Of a DNA stretch of 64,000 nucleotides, positions 19,392-32,038 are shown piece by piece. Source of the DNA: Candidatus Moanibacter sp. Its GTDB lineage: Bacteria; Verrucomicrobiota; Verrucomicrobiia; Opitutales; UBA2987. Each line of letters opens with the position of its first letter. Position 1 is the stretch's first letter. Location of the stretch: contig CBDCEW010000105.1 of NCBI GenBank assembly GCA_965215885.1, forward strand, positions 64,001 to 128,000, given 5' to 3'. The translations under genes and the position numbers were made by a program. The notes beneath the pieces were generated by a model. The model saw only the letters and a list, made by a program, of their open reading frames with translations, did no database searches and was not told the DNA's origin.

Positions 19392-22300
19392 AGATTACGA
19401 TTGAGAGTCACGACGGAAGAGCGGAAACCCAATCAATCTTCCGTCGTGCTTCATAATCGTTATCTAAAATCGAAAGAAGAAAGATCGACAGGAGATCACG
19501 ATTAGGAATCACGATAGCAGAACGACAACCAACTTAATCTCCCGTCGTGGATCATAATCGTTATCTAAAATCGAAAGAAGAAAGATCGACAGGAGATCAC
19601 GATTAGGAATCACGATAGCAGAACGACAACCAACTTAATCTTCCGTCGTGTATCATAATCGTAATCTAAAATCGAAAGAAGAGAAGATCGACAGGAGATC
19701 ACGATTAGGAATCACGATAGCAGAACGACAACCAACTTAATCTTCCGTCGTGCATCATAATCGTAATCTCAAGTCGAAGAAGCAGAAGATCGACGGAAGA
19801 TCACGATTGAGAGCCACGATGGCGGAAACAAAATCAATCTTCCGTCGTGCACCATAATCGTTATCTAGACCCCATTCGAAAAGCCTTTCGAGCGGGCGGT
19901 TTAAGGTTCTCCGCCACGGGCGGACCAGCCTATGGCTGGCAGGTTTCGGGTTTTAGGCTGCCGGCGCTGCCGATGAGCAGGTATTGAGCGGCCATCGGCG
20001 TGGCTTGCTGCACAATACGTATATTTGCCGCTGTCTGGAGGCATACTCATCCCGTGGTGCTTTTTTCTCTGAGCTTCAAAGCGGTCAGATTCAGGCTGCC
20101 TGTTCGTATTGGAGTTCCTCCCCTCGGCGTTTCTTCATCAGTATGATGCGGCAGAAGTTGTAGGCCAGAACCTTCTCGAGCAGTTCATCGCCTACCGCAT
20201 CGATGCCGCGGCGGCCGAGTTCGCCAAAGGCAAATCCATCTTTAATCGTGAACATCAGCGACTCCACTGCGGAGCGATCGCGGCGTGCCTCGCGATACGC
20301 CTCGCTCTCCCAGTCCTCGGGGGTGGTCAACTTCTTGCCCTTCGCCCCACTGATACTGATCTGCTTTACCCCCATGCTCAGCACCTCCTTGCGTCCCTTC
20401 GCCGAAGCATATCCGTCATCGGTGCTGACCAGTTCAGCAATGACACCGGTGCGCTTGATCGAATCGCCGATGGCCGGCGCCAGCTCAATGGAGTCTGCCG
20501 CGTTGCCTTGCGGTACGATCAGGCTGGTGACAAAACCGTTTTCGCTGCGAACCAGTTGTGGCTTGTACCCGATCACTGGATTGCGGCTGCCCATTCTTGA
20601 TGTAGGCCGCCGATCCGTCCGAGAGGCACTCAGGACCTTCTGTGTGGACGGTAGCTTCTTTTCGTGAAACACCCGATCATGAGCATACTCAACAACCCGC
20701 TTGGCGTCGGCAATATCGCCCCTGATCTGGCTCAATGCCCGCTCCAGAAGCTCCCGGCGAGTGGGAGGCAGTGAATCCATCGACAGGCCGTCTTCAAGAT
20801 GGCTCAGTTCCCCCGTTAGTGAGTCGGCCGCCTTGCGGCCCCGCTTGAGCAACCGCCGGTAGTGTTTCTTCGAGCTTGCCCTTCGACTTCGGGTTTGCCC
20901 GCGGCCAGACAAATCTGAAACTCACAGCTTGTCCATTTCCTCCAGCCAACGCCCAACCCTGGATCCCTTGCGAAAATCCTCCAGCCCGAAGACATGCAAC
21001 TTCTGACCCAAACGATTGGCCCGCATCAAAAGACCGCTCAGAATCTTCCCATCGGTGGGCCAGCAGCTGTTTGCTTTCACCGAGGTGCTGTCGATCGTCA
21101 GCTTCCCGAAATCGTCCCATTGCTCCTGGAGGATAAACCCAATCTGTTTATCAAAGATCAACTCGCGGGTCGTATAGCTGACCAGGTTCACGTTCTCCAG
21201 AATCGTCGTCACCGCCGGCATTCTCAGTCCCCCGCTCTGCAAAAATCCGTACAAGCTCATCGACTCGCGCACAAACCGCCGTGCCGGTTTCCGTGGTCAA
21301 CGAACCCAGAAACCCTCGAATCATCACGAACCCGTATACCGCATAAGCCGGCATCCGCGGCCGGCCTGCCCTAAGATTCAATTCAGCAGCCAGAATATTC
21401 TCCTCCTCGATGTCCAGCTCCGGCAGCTCCGCTGTGCGCCCTTCAAAGAACCTGCGATCTTCCAATCGAAGTTTCTTCTTCTCACGCGCATGGGCGTCCA
21501 GATCCTTCTCGATCGCCTCGATGATTTGCGCCGCGAACCCGGCCAATTCTTCAACTTCATCCAGAAAATCACGGAAATCCGTGTCTGGAACCGGCAGAAT
21601 GAGGTTGCTAAGGGATCAACGTCTTATCGCTTTTGTTCTCCTCTGTCGCACATGTTGGCATGTTTAACTCCTTTCTTAATCTTAAGTTGTTAAACACTAG
21701 CATGTTGCGACACTTTTTATCAAGCCAAAAAATGATTTTCTCAAGTTTTTCTTGCGCCTTTTGCGCCTCTTTGCGGCCAATCAGTAGCTTTTCGGATAAG
21801 GTCTATCTAAAATCGAAAGAAGAAAGATCGACAGAAGATCACGATTAGGACTCCCGATGGAAGAACGACAACCAACTTAATCTCCCGTCGTGGATCATAA
21901 TCGTTATCTAAATTCGAAAGAAGAGAAGATCGACAAGAGATCACGATTAGAAATCACGATAGCAGAACGACAATCAACTTAATCTTCCGTCGTGTATCAT
22001 AATCGTAATCTAAAATCGAAGAAGAGAAGATCGACAGGAGATCACGATTAGGCATCACGATAGCAGAACGACAACCAACTTAATTTTCCGTCGTGCATCA
22101 TAATCGTTATCTAAATTCGAAAGAAGAGAAGATCGACAGGAGATCACGATTAGGCATCACGATAGCAGAACGACAACCAACTTAATTTCCGTCGTGCACC
22201 ATAATCGTTATCTAAAATCGGAAGAAGAAAGATCGACAGAAGATCACGATTAGGAATCACGATGGAAGAACGACAACCAACTTAATCTCCCGTCGTGGAT

Positions 22301-22635
22301 CATAATCGTTATCTAAAATCGAAAGAAGAAAGATCGACAGGAGATCACGATTATGAATCACGATAGCAGAACGACAACCAACTTAATTTTCCGTCGTGCA
22401 TCATAATCGTAATCTCAAGTCGAAGAAGCAGAAGATCACGATTAGGAATCACGATAGCAGCACGACAACCAACTTAATCTCCCGTCGTGCTTCATAATCG
22501 TTATCTAAAATCGAAAGAAGAAAGATCGACAGGAGATCACGATTATAAATCACGATAGCAGAACGACAACCAACTTAATTTTCCGTCGTGCATCATAATC
22601 GTAATCTAAAATCGAAGAAGAGAAGATCGACAGGA
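19392..22635. repeat. Tandem array of ~101-bp hairpin units (~13 units) interrupted by an IS at 19868-21803
   Basis: Unit starts at 19435, 19536, 19637, 19739, 19836, 21879, 21981, 22082, 22184, 22284, 22385, ~22476 and 22577. Confidence 0.92.
19868..21803 (-). mobile_element. IS5/ISNCY-like IS, copy 1 (transposase frameshifted)
   Basis: IRs GACCCCATTCGAAAAGC / GACCTTATCCGAAAAGC, TATCTA direct repeats, near-identical to 33400-35316. Confidence 0.9.
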
Positions 22636-22826
22636 TACCTGCAGCTGTTGTGGTTTCGGGCAGTTGCTCGATGACGCGATTGTTCAATTGCCGGCGGAAT
22701 AAGAATGCAGATGGGAATCAACCTACAATGTGCTCTGCCACCTTGTCATTGCGAGCCCAGCACTACCCGTCCTGAATCCCGGTATGCCGGGATCGAAGGA
22801 GCTGGGCGTGGCAATCCAGAGAAAGG

Positions 22827-23315
22827 CAGGAAGATCGGGCCATTGACCGCATGCAGATGGAACTGGTGGCAGGGCGCGTTTCGGCGATCAACGAATGCTT
22901 CTACTGAACGAATTCCCACGCTACGACGCTCCGGGTGAGCGCGCAAACCAACGACACCGAAATCGACATTCAAGGGATCAACGGCGATGCTGAGGCCGCT
23001 GGACTAGGCGTAACGCATGGCACGGAACTGATGAAGTTCGCCGAGAGTATTGCAACTGGGAATGGAAAGCATCTTTCATCTGCTCGCCGCGCCTTGTTCG
23101 AAGCTGCCGGTGAGAGAGTCCTGGTCGACGCTGCAGCCGTCGCGGCCAATTTCCAGCGGATGGTCCGCATCGCGGATGCCATGGGAATCCCGGTCGACGA
23201 CATGGCGCGAGAGGGGAGTGCACAGATTCGCGAAGAGCTCAACCTCAACCGATTTGCCAGCGCCCAGAATTCCCTGATACGGTTAGGCCGCAGGCAAATG
23301 GATACATCTGAGTAG
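22827..23315 (+). CDS. AhpD-related (seleno)protein with a CFYUT motif, in-frame TGA at 22905-22907; N-terminus truncated or short
   Basis: Frame reads IDRMQMELVAGRVSAINECFY-TGA-TNSHATTLRVSAQ...LVDAAAVAANFQRMVRIADAMGIPVD. Hairpin CGCTC-CGGGT-GAGCG ~20 nt after the TGA. Confidence 0.75.
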
Positions 23316-23575
23316 AAATGAAACCGCGGATTGCGCGGATGAACACGGATTTAGAGGTAAATTTTCCACGGATTCGGCAAGTTCGCCGCTCGTTTTTCAG
23401 TCACTGAATTACCCCTCCGTAATACCACACCTTCAGCTCTCGTTTCTTAGCAAGTTTCTACGTTGAAGAGGCTGATATTGAATGAATCGCGCTCGACTCG
23501 TTTCAGCATAGAAAAGGCTATGGTATCACCTTGCTCATTCCAACCACGGGTGGCACTGATGACACGGATATTTAA

Positions 23576-23738
23576 CCGACAGGAATGGGGAGGGAAGAAG
23601 AGAAATTGCTCACTCGGACACGCGAGTTTAGACACCGCCTGGACAGGAATGCACAAGAGCGGGCTCTTGTGCATTCCTGTCCGGGTGGTGGAGCCGCCCT
23701 CACGCGGCGAGCAATTTCTCCTCTCCCCTCACCGTCGG
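23576..23738. repeat. Long imperfect palindrome with a perfect 20-bp core
   Basis: GGACAGGAATGCACAAGAGC-gg-GCTCTTGTGCATTCCTGTCC (23641-23682), with outer arms GAGAAATTGCTC/GAGCAATTTCTC. Confidence 0.75.
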
Positions 23739-24025
23739 CAACGAGCTATTACGATTCATTCTACAAAGCGCTCGACAAAGATCCCCACATCCGTGCCCAT
23801 CCGTGCCATCCGTGGTCAATCTTCCTCCTCACGCTGTATTGGTTGCGGGTCTTCATTCGCACCATCCGCGCAATCCGCGGTCAATTCCCGCCGTTTTCCT
23901 TGTTTGAAGATCGATAAACCATGAGTAAAGATCGGGGCTTTAGCCCCGCATGGCCCATTCAGGCCGCCGATTCGCCGAACTTTATCATCGGTAGAAACGA
24001 AGCAATCGGGGATTGATCGAACCCG

Positions 24026-25514
24026 ATGGCCGGCGCTTAAACGCAAAAACATCCTCCTCATCCTGACCGACCAGCAGCGGTGGGATTCCCTCGGATGTTA
24101 CGGCACGCCCGGCGTGCACACGCCCAACCTGGCTCGGCTCGCCGCCCAAGGCACGCTCTACGAACGGTGTTACGTCAACGGAACGATCTGCACCCCCAGC
24201 CGCGCCAGCATGTGGACGGGCAAGCATATTCCCGGCCACGGTGTGCGCGCGCTCCACGACTGCCTGCCTGAGGACGAGATCCTTTTTCCCAAACGCTTGC
24301 AGGACGCCGGCTACGACACCGCCCTCTTTGGAAAACTGCATGTTTCGGGCATCTACGCGGAATCCGACGGTCGGCGTCACCCCAACGACGGGTTCGACGT
24401 CTATGAGTGGGCATGCGATCCCTTCGGGCCCTGGGGCTTGGATAATGCATACCTGGACTGGCTTGCCGTTCGGGACCCCGAACTGCGGGAGGGTATACGC
24501 GAGAAACTACAGAAAGTGGGAAACATTCCCGTATCGGCACACATGACGACGTGGGCAGCCGAGCGCTCCATCGATTTCCTGAGCCGGCGTGGTGCCGGAA
24601 AAAATGAAAAGCCCTTTTTCTGCTGCATGAGCGTGTTCGACCCACACTCGCCCCTACGTTAACCACCCGAAGAAGATGGAGGATTTATTGGACATCCCGA
24701 ATCTTCCCGAAGTCATCGCCGCTGACCAGCCATTTGAGGGCCGTCCGATCGCACACGAGATGGAGCACCGCTGGGGACCCAGCCTCCCGGACCCCGACAC
24801 CCTGGCCAAATGGCGGATCGGATACCGCGCGGGGATCGCGAACATCGACGCCCAGGTCGGTCGCGTGCTCGATGCGTTGGAATCCCGAGGATTGGCCGAT
24901 AGCACTGTAGTCATCTTTACCAGCGACCACGGCGACATGATGGGCGACCATGGCCTGATGACGAAGGGCGCCTACTTCTACGATGCCTGCACCCGCGTGC
25001 CCATGATCATTCGCGATCCAGAGGCCAAACCTGCAATCGAATCATCAGCTCCGGTTCAATGGCACGACATCGCGGCTACCTGCCTGCAAATCGCGGGACA
25101 GTCACGGGAAAAGACACGCGCATGGTCGCCCGATGGATTGAACATCCTCGAATCGAATATACGCGGCTGAAACAGCGCAATCACGCCGTCTGCTTATATC
25201 GGAACAGTGGGGTCTGTTCGAAGCCGGAAGAGGGCTACCGCGGTTATTTCGATCCCCCCATCCACGGCACGATGTGGTTCGAGGATGATTACAAGGTCAA
25301 TGTTTACCACTCACCGCCGCCCGACGATGAGCATCCGCAGGGAGAGATCTATAATCTCGCTAAGGATTCCAACGAGATGGACAATCTCTGGGATTCGGAT
25401 GCGACGCGGAATCTTAGAGATCAGACAATACTAAAAGCAATGGACTGGCTCACACGCGAAACCGTGGCAGGCCGGGCAAGAGGGGAAGATGCAAGTGGCG
25501 ACAGGTTTAACTAG
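24026..25514 (+). pseudogene. Sulfatase split by frameshifts (~24030, ~24660, ~25170)
   Basis: NILLILTDQQR, CTPSR, GKLH, DPHSP, SDHGDM and EIYNL..D..E..NL in successive frames. Confidence 0.85.
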
Positions 25515-25598
25515 CCTGCTTTTCATAGCCGGCTCTGCCGTACGGCAGGTACCCGTATTGCGTTTCCGAGGCGGAGCCTGTTAAGAAAAGCGGGCTAG
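25511..25598. repeat. MITE-like element (family shared with 38856-38950)
   Basis: CTAGCCTGCTTTTC...GAAAAGCGGGCTAG. The left CTAG contains the sulfatase stop codon. Confidence 0.65.
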
Positions 25599-25817
25599 AG
25601 ATGCTGCTCGAGAAATTTCGCTACCGTTACATAGAAGCGAATGCGTGACTTTTCGTCCGGGAGGCCATGCACGCCCGGATATTGCTTTCTAACGCTCCTA
25701 TCGCGCCATTCGGACCAGCCGCCACACGTTCGTTCCGACGAGTGGGGCTGAGGTACACTTCGTTGACGATGTCGAATACCCTTATTAGTTGAGGAATTTG
25801 TCCAATACCGCTGAAGC

Positions 25818-25882
25818 GGCACTTGGAAAAGATCGGCGATCATTTCCGGGAAAAAGAGTACTACCTGGAGAAGTGGGGCCAT
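25818..25882 (+). pseudogene. Remnant C-terminus of a sulfatase paralogous to 15281-16645
   Basis: LEKIGDHFREKEYYLEKWG here versus LEMIGDPFREKEYYLEKWE. Confidence 0.6.
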
Positions 25883-26064
25883 GGGACTCCACCTTACCGA
25901 AGGCTCTCCCAATTCGTCTTCGTTCTCGAAACAGGCAACACCAGAGTCCCAAGACGAGGTGGACGCTCGAACAAACTGAATAGAAGGGTGGCCAAAAGCC
26001 ATTGCCATGTCCGTCGCAATTGCTCTTCATCACATCTCGTGTATATCAAGCCTTGGGGATAAAA

Positions 26065-27438
26065 ATGAAACCAAACGTTCTCTGGATCTACGGTGAAGAC
26101 CTGTATCCCGACCTGGGCTGCTACGGAACCCCGGTCGTCGAGACGCCGGTGCTCGATCAGTTCGCTTCAGAGGGGACATTGTTTACGAACGCCTTCGTGA
26201 CCTGTCCGGTCTGTTCACCCAGCCGATCCGCCATCATCACCGGGCGATATCAGACGAGCTTTGGCGCGCACAACCACCGCAGCAAACGTGAAACGCCTCT
26301 ACCTGAAGATATCCGCCTGATCACGGACTATTTCCGCGATGCGGGCTACTTCACCTGCAACAGCAGCGGCCCGCCGAACGATCGACCCGGAAAGATCGAC
26401 TTCAATTTTCTCCGCGAAGCTCCCTTCGATGGCGTGCTCTGGTCCGAGCGTGCCGGCGATCAACCGTTCTATGCGCAGTTCAACATCATCGATACCCACC
26501 GCGATTTTTCGCCGGATCCCGAGAACCCTATTGATCCCGCCACCGTCGAATTGCCTCCCTACTACCCGGATCATCCCCTCATCCGCAAGGACTGGGCGAT
26601 GTGGCTCGAGAGTATTCAGGTTTTCGACCGGAAAGTGGGGGAGATCCTGAAGCGACTCGAAGATGATGGTCTGAGCGAGAATACGATCGTTTTCATCATC
26701 AGCGATCATGGACGCGCTCATATACGCGACAAGCAGTTCCTCTATGATGGAGGGACCCGCGTTCCGTGCGTCGTCAGGTGGCCGGGACACATCGAAGCGG
26801 GTTCCGTCAGCGATTCCATGGTCAGCGGGATCGACTTTGCCCCGACGTCACTCTCTCTTTCGGGTCTGGATGTTCCTGACGTAATGGAGGGCAACGTTTT
26901 CCTTGGCCCCGATGCGAGTGAGCGCGATCACATCGTCTCAGCTCGAGATCGCTGCGACGGGACTGTCGATCGCATCCGCTCTGTTCGGACGAAGACGCAC
27001 AAATACATTCGGAACTACCATCCGGACCGGCCCTACATGCAGTTCAACGGATACAAGAAGCAACAGTATCCACTCTGGACGCTGGCCCCGATGCTCCAAG
27101 CCGAAGGCAAGCTCACGCCTGCTCAGGAGAAATTCCTGGCGCCCTGTCGCCCCTATGAGGAGCTCTACGACCTTGAAGCCGATCAAGACGAACTGACAAA
27201 CCTGGCATCGTCAACTGACCATAGCTCCGAGTTGGATGACCTGCGTACAAAGTTGGACGACTGGATAGAAACGTATGGCGACCTTGGCTCGATCCCGGAA
27301 GACCCAGCCGTGATCGCAGAGGAAGCAGACAAAATGCACAAAAATCACGTCATCCGAATGGCGGCAAAGAATCTCCCTCCGGACGTCACGGACGAGGCAT
27401 TTATCGCGTGGTGGGGCTTATTTATCTTCACACGCTGA
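26065..27438 (+). CDS. Sulfatase (sulfamidase/SGSH-like)
   Basis: PNVLWI, CSPSR, LPPYYPD, SDHG, ARDRCD, EELYDLEAD. Confidence 0.92.
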   Translation: MKPNVLWIYGEDLYPDLGCYGTPVVETPVLDQFASEGTLFTNAFVTCPVCSPSRSAIITGRYQTSFGAHNHRSKRETPLPEDIRLITDYFRDAGYFTCNSSGPPNDRPGKIDFNFLREAPFDGVLWSERAGDQPFYAQFNIIDTHRDFSPDPENPIDPATVELPPYYPDHPLIRKDWAMWLESIQVFDRKVGEILKRLEDDGLSENTIVFIISDHGRAHIRDKQFLYDGGTRVPCVVRWPGHIEAGSVSDSMVSGIDFAPTSLSLSGLDVPDVMEGNVFLGPDASERDHIVSARDRCDGTVDRIRSVRTKTHKYIRNYHPDRPYMQFNGYKKQQYPLWTLAPMLQAEGKLTPAQEKFLAPCRPYEELYDLEADQDELTNLASSTDHSSELDDLRTKLDDWIETYGDLGSIPEDPAVIAEEADKMHKNHVIRMAAKNLPPDVTDEAFIAWWGLFIFTR

Positions 27439-27440
27439 CA

Positions 27441-27644
27441 CTAACGGATACTACTGTTAGGTCTGATCGATTTTGATCGACCTATAGCGAGCCTGCCGGC
27501 GATTCCCATCGTTTGAGAAACGGTGTGCGCTTGTTGCCGCAATCCGCGCGCGCCGGCGCGCGGATCGACTACTTCCGCATTTAGAGTCAACCACCACCCG
27601 AGTAACCATGTATGCAAGATGATCGATCTATGAATGGAATTCAT
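27441..27644 (-). CDS. Short cassette ORF, probably truncated
   Basis: Follows attC R' GTTCTGC and an RBS (AGGA). Ends at ACCTAAC-10bp-GTTAGTG. Confidence 0.35.
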   Translation of the reverse strand: MNSIHRSIILHTWLLGWWLTLNAEVVDPRAGARGLRQQAHTVSQTMGIAGRLAIGRSKSIRPNSSIR

Positions 27645-27658
27645 TTCCTATCTCGCTC

Positions 27659-27722
27659 GCAGAACGATGAAGCTCAGCCGCCGGACGCGTCAAAGGACGG
27701 ACGGCTGCAGCGGGTGTTAGGT
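27659..27722 (-). other. Integron attC site (64 bp)
   Basis: Minus strand: ACCTAAC ACCCG CTGCAGCCG...CGGCTGAG CTTCATC GTTCTGC. Confidence 0.85.
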
Positions 27723-27777
27723 CGCCACACGGGCACTATATTTTCTTCGAGATTGCAATGTAGCATAGCCTACTGTT

Positions 27778-29619
<1,842 letters not shown>

Positions 29620-29654
29620 ATTGTCTTTCCTCAAATTGTTTGGTGATTGAGGCG

Positions 29655-29783
29655 AGCTAACGCACCAGATCTGTGGCGCAACCAAAGATCGGCGATGCTG
29701 TTCAGATAGCCATGCGGTTCAAATCGCCGAAAACCAGAAATCGGTACACGCGTGGTTGCGTCCACTGAATTAGATTGTTAGAC
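29655..29783 (-). other. Integron attC site (129 bp)
   Basis: Minus strand: GTCTAAC AATCT AATTCAGTGG ACGCAACCA...TGGTTGCG CCACAGAT CTGGTGC GTTAGCT. The upstream gene stop lies in R''. Confidence 0.8.
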
Positions 29784-30335
29784 ATCAGTTCGTTGAGACC
29801 ATCTTGTTTGACTAAAGATAAAATGTTGATCAGCATGCGCAACGACATCAGGCGTTGCACGGTATCCGCGTAACCATAGCCCGTCCTCGAGTCGTCTCAG
29901 ATAAAAACCGTTCGGAAAGCCTTCCTCTTTCGATATCTTCTTCGACGCTATTATAATCGCACCTGACCCCGGTATGTTTGCCTTGTCGGAATGACACCCT
30001 TGGGGCTGATCAAAATACTGCAATCTCAAGTGAGGCCCGAGTTCAAGCGGGCACAGCTCGAGACCCAGTTCGATCGCTCTTTCGAAGTTCTGAGCCGCAG
30101 TGGCTCCCTCTGAGAAACCGAGGTCGCGAATTGTCAGTTCAACGGTCTTCAGCTTGTAGGAAGTCTTAGAGGTCGTAAAACGATCATCAGCGAAGAGCCT
30201 TTCTGCAGACACATTCATCGAGATCGCGTTTCTCTGTGATTCTTGCATCAGCTCCGATTTTGTAAGACCGCCCACATCGACCGTTCTCACGATGGTAGGA
30301 CAATCGGGGTAGATATTCTCAGTTTCGAGATGCAT
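29778..30335 (-). CDS. Conserved hypothetical protein (first gene cassette)
   Basis: Intact ORF with AGGAG RBS; motifs LGLELCPLELGPHLRLQY and GFYLRR...WLRGY. Confidence 0.8.
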   Translation of the reverse strand: MHLETENIYPDCPTIVRTVDVGGLTKSELMQESQRNAISMNVSAERLFADDRFTTSKTSYKLKTVELTIRDLGFSEGATAAQNFERAIELGLELCPLELGPHLRLQYFDQPQGCHSDKANIPGSGAIIIASKKISKEEGFPNGFYLRRLEDGLWLRGYRATPDVVAHADQHFIFSQTRWSQRTDV

Positions 30336-30355
30336 TGGGGAGAGTTTCTCCTGAT

Positions 30356-30458
30356 GCCTAACAAGTCAATATCGAGATCTGTACTATCCCGCTGGAGGAT
30401 CATGTCGTCAAGGTTAGATACCGCAGTTACGACGAATCCCTAACAGCTGTTCCTTACA
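30356..30458 (-). promoter_or_regulatory. attI-like/promoter leader, copy 2
   Basis: TTGACG-17bp-GATAGT, ending in the core site GTTAGGC. Homologous to 11859-11947. Confidence 0.6.
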
Positions 30459-30631
30459 ATTGGAATAATAGGAAGTTTCTGTCGTTTCCATGGAAGAGTT
30501 GCCTCCTGGACCCACACCCATAAAATCTTCAGGATCACCTTGAAGAGTCGAGTTCCAACCAGCACACTACCATTGTCAAAAGGGCTGTTGCCCAAAATCC
30601 CTGCCTACGATTAAGCATTCCTCGAAACACG

Positions 30632-30841
30632 ATGAAAAACTGTAGCGGCAAAAACAATCCGATCGCCCATTATACAGGACTCGGCGTTGCTTTCGGTGCC
30701 GGAATCGGCGCGGCTATCGGGGCAGCAATTGATGATGTCGGGACAGGGGTGGCGATGGAAGTGGCGCTGGGCCCGGCCTTCGGCGCCGGTATCGGGACGA
30801 GAATAGAGAAGAAACAGGAAGAGGATGATAAGGACGAGTAG
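30632..30841 (+). CDS. Small glycine-zipper membrane protein
   Basis: GLGVAFGAGIGAAIG...GAGIG repeats. Confidence 0.6.
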   Translation: MKNCSGKNNPIAHYTGLGVAFGAGIGAAIGAAIDDVGTGVAMEVALGPAFGAGIGTRIEKKQEEDDKDE

Positions 30842-31035
30842 ATCTTCGACTTTAGATAACGGCCTGCCATGAGCTTGCCGAATGGATTATGGTTCACGAC
30901 GAAAGAAGTCGATCAAGTTGCCTTCTCTCCCCCTCTCCGCATCCCCGCGTCTCCGTTTCTCTTCATTCCCCTCTCCCATCGTGAGTCTCAATCGTGATCT
31001 CCCGTCGATCTTCCTCCCTTCTACTTTAGATCGAA
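30840..31035 (-). repeat. Solo, degenerate copies of the 101-bp array unit
   Basis: rc reads GTCGTGAACCATAATC[insert]GTTATCTAAAGTCGAAG and GAAGATCGACGGGAGATCACGATTGAGACTCACGATGG. Confidence 0.65.
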
Positions 31036-31086
31036 AAAAGGAGGATCGTGCTGCAAAATCACAAAGCGAAGTCCGACAGATTCCTG

Positions 31087-31217
31087 GCGCTTGACAGGTC
31101 CGCTCGGCTGGGCAGCATTTCAATCGCGAAATCGCTCCTCCAGGCTCTCTTAAGTGAGTTCTTATGTGAACACTACTGAAAGCGATTTCTGGTCAGCTCG
31201 CCACCTCTCTGCAGGAA
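31087..31217 (+). promoter_or_regulatory. Conserved upstream region of the partner-PhyH module, copy 2
   Basis: GCGCTTGACAGGT-...-CAGCAT; homologous to 9563-9697. Confidence 0.5.
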
Positions 31218-31735
31218 TAGTAAAGAAACCACGGATCACGGATTGCACGGATAGAGATTGGTATTCAATAAACTGCTGTCGACAAGGTTCGCGACGAGAT
31301 TACACAACGGAAGTAGGAGTTTACTTCTGCATTCGCGTCCATCTGCGTGCATCTGCGGTTCTCTTCTTCTTTTTTGGTTGCGGCTATGCTGCGCTAGGTC
31401 ATCCGTGGTTCTCTCTCTTAGCGATCCTCGATTTTTTATCGTATTCAAATCCAATACCTTATGTGTATCCATGGAGAAAAACTTGCCAAAAAAACAAGAT
31501 TCTGACGGATTGTAATACAAAGCTTTCGGTTTGATTTTTTTGCGCTCTTTGCGTTCTTTTGTGGCCAAACACAGGCTACGCCGAAGACCGATCAATTTTC
31601 CGAATTAGAGCGCGAGGGTTCGCAGAATCCACGGCAGATCGAATGTTGCGGGCGAAAGAAAAACTAACAACCTTAGAACAAATCGCGGTAGCCAACTCGG
31701 ACTAGTGCCGCCGCGAGTAACCGGTAACGTTAGCT

Positions 31736-32038
31736 ATGCCTCTCGTACAAGACATCCTCGTGCTCTTCCAGACTTCACCCGGACTCGATTCGGCGGCGAT
31801 TGGCTGGTCCAGATACGAGGCATCCAAAGGCACCGGAATCAGCGACCTGGTCGACGAGGTGGAACCCCCTTATCGAAATGCCATGGAGGCCATGCGCGAC
31901 GGATGGCAGGTCATCCAGATGTCCGAACTTACCCCGCGCTCACCCGACGATGCTTACGAAGACGGGCCCCTACCCTACCAGACGGTGTTGGCCAAATACC
32001 GCGAACTGGAAAACGAAGAAGCCGAAGCAAAAACATGA
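31736..32038 (+). CDS. Small uncharacterised PhyH-partner protein (intact)
   Basis: 100 aa, ATGA-coupled to the PhyH gene, homologues at 3749 and 9867. Confidence 0.85.
   Translation: MPLVQDILVLFQTSPGLDSAAIGWSRYEASKGTGISDLVDEVEPPYRNAMEAMRDGWQVIQMSELTPRSPDDAYEDGPLPYQTVLAKYRELENEEAEAKT

Noticed and set aside
19392..22635. CRISPR array
   Set aside because: The units are conserved along their whole ~101 bp with no unique spacers, and no cas genes are present.
31230..31570. ORFs in the ACGGAT/ATCCGT and GCGCAAAG periodic repeats (also 11335-11400 and 23790-23880)
   Set aside because: These are low-complexity intergenic repeats. The translations are repeat-derived and not protein-like.
31720..31738. 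GTTAGCT directly before the partner ATG as a cassette core site
   Set aside because: No attC follows the PhyH gene, and the paralogous module lacks the site.
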